A DNA stretch of 64,000 bases, from positions 4,490 through 68,489 of the forward strand of contig CANPIX010000002.1 in assembly GCA_947574215.1 (NCBI GenBank), read 5' to 3'. Origin of the DNA: an uncultured Mycoplasmatota bacterium. GTDB taxonomy: Bacteria; Bacillota_I; Bacilli_A; RF39; UBA660. A program made the position numbers and the translations under genes. Positions 1-8,525 of this stretch are shown piece by piece. The notes under the pieces were generated by a model. The model ran no database searches and was not told the DNA's origin. It saw nothing but the letters and a program-made list of their open reading frames with translations. Every line of letters begins with the position of its first letter. Within the stretch, counting starts at the first letter, position 1.

Positions 1-1986
1 AGAAATACCTTGTAAATGGAATTTCAGCACCTGTTTTAACAACTGGCTTTTTAGCACTCATATCTTCTTCAAATTTTACTATTGCATCTGGAACATGTGG
101 CAATACTTCTTCACTCATATATTCATTAATATCTTTTTTATATTTAACTATTTCAGTATCTTTTGTAGTTTTATCAAGAATAATTTCGCCATTTTTATCT
201 CTATGTATTTCTGCAGTCTTATCCATTACAGATAAGCCATCTGCTATTTTGTCAATTAAATTTTTATTTACTTCTGTATTATCAAAGATATTTTTTAAAA
301 CATTAAGAAAATCTTTCTCATTTTTATAAATTTTATTACTTTTATTATTTTCTAAAATTTTAAAAATTAAATCATACGTATTTTTATTATTTAAGTATTT
401 ATCTAATTCTTTCTTCTCTTTATATGGAATTGGCTCTAACAATTGAATTTCATCAACTTTATCCTGATTATAAAATTTATCAAAAGTACCATTAGTTCTT
501 AATTGTTCAATTCTTTCATCATTTATAGAATAATTTCTTTGTAATGGTTGATAAACTGCATATTCTTTATACAAGAACTCCTCTTTATCGAATATTTTGC
601 TATATTTATTTTCTTTAAAATCTGCATATATCTTTACTATTTTTTCGATTTGTTTTAGAGATAATTCTTTCCTCTTTTTACCTAGTGAAGTTCTTAATTG
701 CGTCCAAAATTCTTTACCTGTTGCATTAATAAGTTGTATTTTATTTCTTCTTTCTGGTCTTTTAGTTGCTTCTTTAGAAAGAATAAATATATAAATACCA
801 ATACCAGTATTATAAAATAAATCAGTTGGTAATGCTATTATTGCTTCTATTAAATCTTGTTCTATCATCCATCTTCTTATTTGGCTTTCACCCGATGATG
901 TTCCACCAGAAAATAATGGTGATCCATTTGTAATAATAGCTGCTTTACCATTATTATCCAATTTAGAAATAGCATGTTGCATAAATAATAATTGCATATC
1001 TCCAGTAGCAGGCAATCCTGCTCCAAATCTTCCTTTAAAACCTAATTTATATTCATCTTTGACAGCTTCTTCTACACCTTCAGCAGCATCTTTCCCACCC
1101 CAAGGTTGTCCAAAAGGGGGATTCATGATAACAAACCTCATTTTTTGTTCTCGTTCATTTAATGTCGCTCTAAAACAGTCTTTAATCATTGTATCTTGAA
1201 ATTTAATATTATTAGCATTTTGACCTTTTATCATCATATCTGCCAAGCATATAGCATATGATTCAGGATTAACTTCTTGACCAAATAATTGAACATCTGC
1301 ATCTGGATTCATTTTCATAATTGTATCTCTTGCAGTGCTAAGCATTCCACCAGTACCACAAGCTGCATCTAATATAGTAATTGCTTTACCTGCTTCCATA
1401 AGATCATCACAACCTTCTGAAAGTAAAATATCTACCATCAACTTTATTACTTCTCTTGGAGTAAAATGATCACCAGCTTCAGCATTTTCTGAAAACCTTC
1501 TAATTATATCTTCAAAAATATATCCCATTTTATGATTATCAACAGTTTCAGGATTTAAATCTAAATTAGAAAATTCTTTAATAACACCTAATAATCTATT
1601 ATTTTTGTCCATTTTATCTATTTCTTTTTCAAATGATAAATTGTCAATAATTTCTTTAACATTTGGTGAAAAACCTTTTATATATGATTTAAAGTTATCA
1701 GCAATGTGATCAGCATCATTTAGTAATTCTTTTAAATCAAATTTACTAGTATTATAAAAAGAATAACCTGATTTTCTACACAACATTTTACATGGCGTTG
1801 TTTTATCGCTATTATATTCATCTAATACTGCTTTTTTAGTTTTAGCAAGTGCACACTCAAATCTTCTAATGATAACTATTGGTATTATTACATCTTTGTA
1901 TTTATCGCTTTTATATGGTCCTCTTAATTTATTTGCAATACTCCAAACTATATTTACCTCTTTTGTTACATTAATTGTATCATTCA
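1..1986 (-). CDS. hsdM: Type I restriction-modification DNA methyltransferase subunit HsdM (partial; 3' end runs off window start)
   Basis: Minus-strand ORF with ATG at 1986-1984, open to position 1. It is absent from the ORF track because the window edge truncates it. My translation shows an HsdM-type N-terminus (VWSIANKLRGPYKSDKYKDVIIPIVIIRRFE), SAM motif I LDAACGTGGML, DHFTPREV, catalytic motif IV IMNPPFG, IALPTDLF, and a C-terminal GAEIPFTRYF typical of Type I M subunits. Confidence 0.8.
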
Positions 1987-2204
1987 TCTTTTTTACCTCT
2001 CTTAACTACTGCTTGTTGCTTATTTTCATCAATTTTAATTTTGCAATCTTTTCGATTAGTCATTTTTACATCATTGTCTTCTAAATGAAATATAACCATA
2101 TCTCCTTCTTCTAGTTCCATTTTATCTCTAACAATTTTAGGAATGGTAATTTGTCCTTTTGAAGTTAATTTTGCATTTGCCAAAATTTCATTATCATTAT
2201 TCAT
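1980..2204 (-). CDS. AbrB/MazE (SpoVT_AbrB swapped-hairpin) family small DNA-binding protein. Possible antitoxin or R-M controller.
   Basis: 74 aa. The motif KGQITIPKIVRDKMELEEGDMV is a typical AbrB/MazE looped-hinge beta-barrel signature. Its stop overlaps the hsdM start (ATGAATGA, 8-nt overlap), implying translational coupling. Confidence 0.7.
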   Translation of the reverse strand: MNNDNEILANAKLTSKGQITIPKIVRDKMELEEGDMVIFHLEDNDVKMTNRKDCKIKIDENKQQAVVKRGKKDE

Positions 2205-2285
2205 AATTTTTTCCTTACTTTCCTTACTCTTAAGTATAGCATATTTTTAATTAAAGATAAATATCTGAACAAAAAAAGAAAGAAA

Positions 2286-3134
2286 TTAATCTTTCTTATC
2301 AAACAAATCTTTAACTATTAAATCCTGTGAATGTAAATTATTATTTTTACCTAATAATAAATTTTCATAAAATTTAACTAAATAGCTACTATTTTCTTTT
2401 ATTTTTAAATAGTTATTAAAGTAATTACTTCTGACTAAAGCGTTTCTAAAATATACTGATTTATCTTTAAATAAACTATTATCCACATTATAACCTAAAC
2501 TTATTAAATATTTTTCAATAAATAATGCTGTTGTTCTAGTATTACCTTCTCGAAAAGGATGCACTTGCCATATATTAGATGAAAATTTAGTTATATTGTT
2601 AATAACTTCAACTATATTCATTTCTTTATAGTTTTTTTCTTTTTCTAAAGATATATCATATTCTAATGATTGAGTTAATGTATTACAATCTCCATAAGCT
2701 ACTGAATCGTTATTTAAGATTTTTTCATGTTTAGAAAAATCAATTTTTCTAAATTCACCTGCAAATTCATAAACATCTTGAAATAAAAACTTATGAACAT
2801 ATTTTAAATAATCAACTGATAATTCAAAATTATCTTCATCTAATAATTCAACTATTCTAGCAGATACAAAATCACATTCTAATTCATTATGATTTATTTC
2901 ACTTTTATTTTCTTTTTCAATATAGTATTCTCTTAATTCTTTTTCTACTTCTTCTATAGTTAAATTGCCTTCTATGTTTTCTTCTAATAGTTTTTCTAAA
3001 TATTTAGAAGGTTTTAAATTATCTACTTCTTGAAGTCCAATAGCCATATCCCATTGTAATTGTTTTACATAGTTACTAAATTTATATTCTTCTTTATATT
3101 CATTAACACTTGAATCTAATTCTTTTTCGCTCAT
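2286..3134 (-). CDS. Fic/Doc family protein (Fic_N plus Fic core) with variant active-site motif HPFREGNTRTT
   Basis: 282 aa. The N-terminal region resembles Fic_N (LQEVDNLKPS...IEGNLTIEEV). The core motif HPFREGNTRTTALF matches the Fic consensus HPFx(D/E)GNGRxxR, with the second Gly replaced by Thr. Confidence 0.75.
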   Translation of the reverse strand: MSEKELDSSVNEYKEEYKFSNYVKQLQWDMAIGLQEVDNLKPSKYLEKLLEENIEGNLTIEEVEKELREYYIEKENKSEINHNELECDFVSARIVELLDEDNFELSVDYLKYVHKFLFQDVYEFAGEFRKIDFSKHEKILNNDSVAYGDCNTLTQSLEYDISLEKEKNYKEMNIVEVINNITKFSSNIWQVHPFREGNTRTTALFIEKYLISLGYNVDNSLFKDKSVYFRNALVRSNYFNNYLKIKENSSYLVKFYENLLLGKNNNLHSQDLIVKDLFDKKD

Positions 3135-3497
3135 AATTTATACCTCCTATTCACTTACAATTATAGCATATCTTAATATATTTTTTAATCTTTATATACT
3201 ACATTTTTACTCATTTTCATTTTTAATGTTTCAGTCCATCCAGAAAAGAGTAAAAAAATACAAAAACTCTTTTTTTAAGTCGATAAATAGGAAAAACCAA
3301 AGAAGTTACTAACAAAATAAAGTATAGATTATAAAATAATAAAGCAATGAAGTATGTAATAACAAAAAGTACTATTACATATATCAAAAAAAGTACTTAT
3401 AATTCTTTAACAACACTTTTAAATATTCAGTCTATTCCAAATATACAAAAACAAATAGAAACTATTCTATCTGCATTTTTTCGTATTTTTAATAAAT

Positions 3498-5219
3498 TTA
3501 AAGTTTATAATTAATATACATTAATTCCATACTATTATATAGCAAGTTTTGATAAATTTCTTTTAATAAATATTGGCAATACACTGATCTAGTGTCTATT
3601 TTTAAGTTTTCATTAAAACCTAAAACATATATTATTTTTTTATTTCTAAACATATCCTTAAACTCATTTTTAGAAATAATTCTTTTATCTTCTTCGTTTA
3701 ATTTATCATAATATTGTTCTAAAATATTAGGCTCATTATCCCTAGCTCTACTAATTATTGAAGATGAAGTAAATACTTGATTTTCTAAATCACGCATCCC
3801 TGGTCCATTAAATTCACTTTTATTACACATTAAATAAACCGAATCATCATCCCAAAAAATCAAGTCTGCTATTTCAACATTTTTAAAATTTTTTTTATGA
3901 GCAAAAATAACATCATCAGATTCTTTAAAGGTTTCATTGTAATCATCTTCACATTTTTCATTCTTTTTCAAATTAAACGTTTTTACAATGCTATCATCTT
4001 CGCTTAAAATTATATCGCAAATATCTTTGTATTGTTGATTTAACATAGCAAAATAAGAATCCTCAAAAACATACCATTCACCATTTAATAAATAATAACT
4101 ATCACTTTCAATTTCTAAACAACCACGTATTAATGTAATAATCTTTGTTTGTGGGATAATTGTGTGTCCATTATCATCTAGAGTTAATAAATAATTGGAA
4201 TTTAAAAAATTCTTTATAAAATTGATACTCTTTTTTTTCTTACATTGTTCTACCATTAAACTAATTAAATCATCAAAACTAATTGGTTCTTCTTTTTTCA
4301 TTATTATACTATCATTATTTTTTATGATAAATTTATCTGACGAGAAGTAAAATGTTTCAATATCATCAGCTATAACTTCAAATGTTTCTATATTATTATT
4401 CAAAATACAATCATATAACAAATTGTTCAAATCTGATTTTTTCTTTCTTTTTTTCTCAGCAGGTACAAAGTAATTTAGAATAAAGTTATCTTCTTTTTTT
4501 GAAAGTTCAGATAAAGTATTTAGTACATTTTCAAGTATTTCAATAGATATGCTTTTTCTTATAACAAAGGAATCTCCACTTGATACACCTATTAATTTTT
4601 TGCTCTCTTCTACTGGAATACCCAATTTAGGAGCAAGTTCATTAGATATTTGTATTGAAAGTTCCTTATATATGCTGCCAATGTTACTTTCAGCAACTAA
4701 ACTACTCATATTTTTTGTAACTCTTCTAGTTGTTAAATTATTTCCACTAGTATTATTTTCTACAATTCTTTTTAAAACTGGATTATTTTTTTGTATTAAT
4801 TTAGGCAATAAATATAATCCAAAATTTTTCTTAATAAATTTAGATATATAATTACTTCCATGTCCACCTGTCATAACATATATTTCATCAGCAACTATTT
4901 TAAAAATTATATATGAAGAACTATCATTAAATATCTTAAATATTGTTTCATTTTCTTCGGTCATTTCCATCAAATTTAATATCAACGACTTCCAAATTGG
5001 CTCTCTTCTACTTTTTATAAAAAATATATAATATCCATTTTTTTCGTTTTTCTTAACATGATCTCTGCCACCACTTTTATTTATATAACATTCTAAATAA
5101 AATAATAATTTGTCCAATAATTCCTCTGTGCTATTTGTTTCATCAACATTATCTAAATTATCTAATATCTGTTGTTTAGAAATTTTATAAATGCTAAATT
5201 GAATTTCCTCTTTGTCCAT
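3498..5219 (-). CDS. Hypothetical protein, 573 aa, of unknown function. Candidate defence-island gene.
   Basis: Long minus-strand ORF with AT-rich codon usage consistent with its neighbours. I see no Walker A, HTH or other recognisable catalytic motif. It lies directly upstream of fic, the abrB-like gene and hsdM on the same strand. Confidence 0.6.
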   Translation of the reverse strand: MDKEEIQFSIYKISKQQILDNLDNVDETNSTEELLDKLLFYLECYINKSGGRDHVKKNEKNGYYIFFIKSRREPIWKSLILNLMEMTEENETIFKIFNDSSSYIIFKIVADEIYVMTGGHGSNYISKFIKKNFGLYLLPKLIQKNNPVLKRIVENNTSGNNLTTRRVTKNMSSLVAESNIGSIYKELSIQISNELAPKLGIPVEESKKLIGVSSGDSFVIRKSISIEILENVLNTLSELSKKEDNFILNYFVPAEKKRKKKSDLNNLLYDCILNNNIETFEVIADDIETFYFSSDKFIIKNNDSIIMKKEEPISFDDLISLMVEQCKKKKSINFIKNFLNSNYLLTLDDNGHTIIPQTKIITLIRGCLEIESDSYYLLNGEWYVFEDSYFAMLNQQYKDICDIILSEDDSIVKTFNLKKNEKCEDDYNETFKESDDVIFAHKKNFKNVEIADLIFWDDDSVYLMCNKSEFNGPGMRDLENQVFTSSSIISRARDNEPNILEQYYDKLNEEDKRIISKNEFKDMFRNKKIIYVLGFNENLKIDTRSVYCQYLLKEIYQNLLYNSMELMYINYKL

Positions 5220-5463
5220 TCATTACACCTCACTTCAAAAAATAAGCAGTATCCATCTTAAAAAAGAATGATACTGCTGTTCTTAACTACACTATACAAC
5301 AAAATTCGACAATTTTTAATATTTGAAGCAAAATTTATTGAGAATCGTTATTTTTGTACCAATAATAGGTGCAAAAACTTAGTTTTAGTATACTTTATCA
5401 ACAAATTACTTTCGCTCAGATACAACCGTCTTAATACCCTTATAAATTTAATCCATGAGAGAG

Positions 5464-5745
5464 CTAAGTCTCTCCTCCTGCATTTATGTGATTAGATACT
5501 AAAATCACATCGCTTCCTTTTCCATAAAAACTTTGTGCCCTTCCAGGTCTCACATCAGGAGATAAAGTTTCATCAGTTGTTCTAGTCATACTGTTTTCAA
5601 TTCCTAAATCGTCCAAACGATTATGGATATATTCACTTATTTTTAATGTGTACTCTTTCTCAGTAATTCCATTTGCAATAGTTCCAGGATCTGTCCCACC
5701 ATGACCAGCATCCAAAACCACTTTTTTTGTTGCTCTTATAGACAT
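5464..5745 (-). pseudogene. N-acetylmuramoyl-L-alanine amidase (Amidase_3, CwlD-like) N-terminal remnant. Truncated after ~93 aa.
   Basis: Translation MSIRATKKVVLDAGHGGTDPGT...DVILVSNHINAGGET carries the Amidase_3 N-terminal motifs (DAGHGG, SNH.NA) but stops at roughly half the length of a functional domain. Its RBS, start and first codons are repeated at 7300-7375. Confidence 0.55.
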
Positions 5746-5790
5746 GTTTTTCACCTCTACTATAAAGTATGAAAAAAGCACAATTTTGTT
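5715..5790. repeat. Direct repeat copy A (~75 bp, ~85% identical to 7300-7375) covering the RBS and 5' end of the amidase remnant
   Basis: ccaaaaccactttttttgttgctcttatagacatgtttttcacctctactataaagtatga here versus ccgaaaccactttttttgttgatcttatagacatatttttcacctctactataagatatga at 7300-7375. Confidence 0.7.
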
Positions 5791-5966
5791 ATATTTATTT
5801 AAAATTTGAAAAAATATTTAATTTTAACGATTTCCGTTAATAAAATTAATAACACATTATTAATTCATAACCCCTTTATAAATGCTTTAATAAATTTTGT
5901 AGTTAACTATCTGCATCATAAAAAATCTGTTACAATTTAGTCGTATTTTCATAATTTTTTTACAAT

Positions 5967-6003
5967 TTAAAACCCTTAACATTTTTTCTACTAAGGGTTT
6001 TAA
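5967..6003. terminator. Perfect 12-bp stem-loop (ttaaaaccctta / taagggttttaa, 13-nt loop) in the intergenic region between the TNF-like gene B and the amidase remnant
   Basis: An inverted repeat seen directly in the sequence. It is followed on the plus strand by a T-rich tract (ttatatattattttt). It may act as a transcriptional terminator or insulator, possibly bidirectional. Confidence 0.4.
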
Positions 6004-6109
6004 TTATATATTATTTTTGATTAATTCTAGATAAACTTGCTTTTGTTTTTTTCTTATGTTATTAAGAACCCTATTTACAATAATTCTTTATTAATTTAAG
6101 TTATTGTTA

Positions 6110-6589
6110 TTAAACTTCTATTTTTTCTATTGTTAATACAAGTCCTTTCACTGTTGTATATTTTACTCCACCACTTGTAACCAGTTGAATTTGAACATTT
6201 TTTGCTTGATCTAATTTTATAGTTTTTGACATAGAAAATGTTAAATATTCCATATATTGGTTATTGTTATATAAATCTACGGAAATTAGAGTATTTCTAT
6301 CACCTGAATGAACATCTATTAATCGTAATAATAATTCTGAACTTATTCCATTTTGTGCCCATTGACCATTTAAATTAAATTCATATACTCCTGGTTCATC
6401 AATTAATACTTGATTACTACTTGCTGAAAAAATATTAGTATTCTGAGGAAATATATCACTTTGTTTAATTGTGAAAGTTCCAGACTTTCCATCATTATAT
6501 ATAACATTAATTGCTGCTTCTATACCACATGAGCCATAACAACCTTTGGGAACCACAAAATCTAGTTCATATTGCTCATTTGATTTCAT
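6110..6589 (-). CDS. Small C1q/TNF-like (BclA C-terminal-domain-like) protein, paralogue B
   Basis: 159 aa. The N-terminus YELDFVVPKGCYGSCG and the block EPGVYEFNLNGQ...LVLTIEKIEV resemble the paralogue at 6654-7112 and, by my recollection, the exosporium BclA C-terminal jelly-roll domain (ETGFYKIT...IIEKVA). Confidence 0.5.
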   Translation of the reverse strand: MKSNEQYELDFVVPKGCYGSCGIEAAINVIYNDGKSGTFTIKQSDIFPQNTNIFSASSNQVLIDEPGVYEFNLNGQWAQNGISSELLLRLIDVHSGDRNTLISVDLYNNNQYMEYLTFSMSKTIKLDQAKNVQIQLVTSGGVKYTTVKGLVLTIEKIEV

Positions 6590-6653
6590 TTTATCACCTA
6601 TAATAGATTATTCTATTTTACTAAAACTGATTGTATTGATGCACATTTTTATC

Positions 6654-7112
6654 TCATATTCTAATTTTTTTAATTGTAATATTTAACTGATTTGTAAAGG
6701 CCGTATCATTTGATGTAAGATACACTCGTAAACTTTTTATAGCGTCTATTTGTAAAATTTTTGTTTGTGAAAAAAACATTGTTGAAGATTGAAAAGCATT
6801 TGTTGTAAGTTCCACTGTTATAATATTTTCCATTACTGAAGTACCATAATCTATCATTTCTAAATATAAAGTGGCACTTTGAGCATTTTTTGATAATTTG
6901 CCACTCAAAGTAATTTCATAAAAACCTGTTTCATTTAATGCTATTTCATTATTTGCAATTGTAAAAATAGTTGTTGGATTAGGCAAAGTGTCATAACTAG
7001 TTATAGGCAACATTCCTTTTTGATTTTCTTGATAATTTGCAAATAAAATTGATTCTAAACCACAAGCTCCTTTTGGGATAACAAAATCTAGTTTATATTC
7101 ATCCAAATTCAT
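6654..7112 (-). CDS. Small C1q/TNF-like (BclA C-terminal-domain-like) protein, paralogue A
   Basis: 152 aa. YKLDFVIPKGACG, NETGFYEITLSGKL and a C-terminal ITIKKIRI. These blocks are shared with the 6110-6589 paralogue. Confidence 0.5.
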   Translation of the reverse strand: MNLDEYKLDFVIPKGACGLESILFANYQENQKGMLPITSYDTLPNPTTIFTIANNEIALNETGFYEITLSGKLSKNAQSATLYLEMIDYGTSVMENIITVELTTNAFQSSTMFFSQTKILQIDAIKSLRVYLTSNDTAFTNQLNITIKKIRI

Positions 7113-7299
7113 ATAATCACCTGTTAATATTTTATGAAATTTATTTTAATTTTGTATGGGACTTATACTATTTTTATTAAAAATTTTCATAATAAAAAAT
7201 ACTTTCCTATCGAAGTACCCTAATTCCTTGTATTTACTATTTCTTTATAACCATTTCTTTTATTTTTGAATTTAACAGATTTCTCGATGACTAGGCATC

Positions 7300-7375
7300 C
7301 GAAACCACTTTTTTTGTTGATCTTATAGACATATTTTTCACCTCTACTATAAGATATGATATTAACACAATTTAG
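7300..7375. repeat. Direct repeat copy B. A second copy of the amidase 5' end with RBS, ATG and 13 codons (MSIRSTKKVVSDA) then a stop.
   Basis: Reverse complement of 7293-7334 reads atgtctataagatcaacaaaaaaagtggtttcggatgcctag. This is ~85% identical to 5715-5790. Confidence 0.7.
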
Positions 7376-7432
7376 CAATTTTTACTTAAAGTTTTCCATT
7401 ATTAGCTAAAAAAATACAAATAAAAAACAGCT

Positions 7433-8524
7433 TTAACTCGCTGCTTTTGATAAATGAATTGTCGTTGTTTTAAGTTCACTACCGCGATAATAACTTATTT
7501 CAACTTTGTCTCCAACACTATGCTTATAAAGTTGATATTTCAAAAAAGCCAAACTCGTAATGTCTGCATCTCCAAGTTTTACAATAATATCTCTACTTTT
7601 TAACCCTGCTTTATCTGCAGGACTATCACTTTCTACTGTATCTATATACACTCCGCTCGTTACAGGAGCATCAACTCGAATTAAAATATCTGATAAATTA
7701 TACATAGAAACACCCAGATATGGTCTAGAAATACTTTCCCCCTTTTCAAATTTTTCTGCATACCACAATGCATCTTCAATTGGTATAGCAAAACCCATTC
7801 CTTCAATTTGACTGCTCGCAAGTTTCATAGACGTTATACCTATAACTTCACCATTTGAATTAGATAATGGTCCACCACTATTTCCAGAGTTAATTGCCGC
7901 GTCGGTTTGAATAACACTCATGACCCAATCACTAACATTATTATTTTTTAAACTCACCTCAACCATTCTATCTTTTCCAGATAAAATTCCTCTTGTAACA
8001 GTCCAAGAATAAGCACTGCTGTCGATTGGAGCCCCTACAGCAAACACAGTATCTCCAATTCTAGTTGCACTATTATTACCAAGTTGAGCAACACTTAAAA
8101 TATTTTTACTGTCCACTGTTAATACAGCAATATCTGCGTATTTGTCACTTCCAACAATTTTTGCCTCCACTGAACTATTATTAGTAAACACAACACGTAC
8201 GGCATCTCCACTTTCAATAACATGATTATTTGTTAAAATATAACCATTGCCATTTTCATTTTTATATACAAAACCTGTACCCGTAGCATACAATTTATCT
8301 TTTTTATAAGTTTCAATAGTTACTACTGAATCATAAACTTTCTCAACAGCGTCCGCTATGCCAGTTTCTGTTACGGTAACATCTTTAATGGTCTTAGTTA
8401 TATTTTCCGTTATATTCATTGGAGAATATTTAACTAAAGCAAACATGGAAAGAGATCCCAAAAAAAACACTCCCATTAAGACAACAACATATTTAACTAC
8501 TTTATTTATTTTATTTTCTTGCAT
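7433..8524 (-). CDS. htrA: HtrA/DegP-family trypsin-like serine protease with N-terminal TM anchor and C-terminal PDZ
   Basis: 363 aa. Catalytic triad contexts TNNHVIESG (His), DIAVLTV (Asp) and GNSGGPL (Ser). A hydrophobic N-terminal segment is present. Confidence 0.8.
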   Translation of the reverse strand: MQENKINKVVKYVVVLMGVFFLGSLSMFALVKYSPMNITENITKTIKDVTVTETGIADAVEKVYDSVVTIETYKKDKLYATGTGFVYKNENGNGYILTNNHVIESGDAVRVVFTNNSSVEAKIVGSDKYADIAVLTVDSKNILSVAQLGNNSATRIGDTVFAVGAPIDSSAYSWTVTRGILSGKDRMVEVSLKNNNVSDWVMSVIQTDAAINSGNSGGPLSNSNGEVIGITSMKLASSQIEGMGFAIPIEDALWYAEKFEKGESISRPYLGVSMYNLSDILIRVDAPVTSGVYIDTVESDSPADKAGLKSRDIIVKLGDADITSLAFLKYQLYKHSVGDKVEISYYRGSELKTTTIHLSKAAS

Positions 8525-8525
8525 T

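Noticed and set aside
3240-3290. Short hairpin plus T-run (aagagt-N14-actcttttttt) between the 573-aa gene and fic
   Set aside because: It is oriented as a plus-strand terminator with no plus-strand gene upstream, and on the minus strand it lacks a U-run. Most likely a chance feature of AT-rich intergenic DNA.
4549-4851. Plus-strand 100-aa ORF inside the 573-aa gene
   Set aside because: It lies antisense and fully nested in a longer, better-supported ORF. Its low-complexity hydrophobic translation is typical of AT-rich antisense frames.
7560-7811. Plus-strand 83-aa ORF (and the 8358-8549 ORF) inside htrA
   Set aside because: Antisense to a gene with a clear catalytic triad. Spurious.
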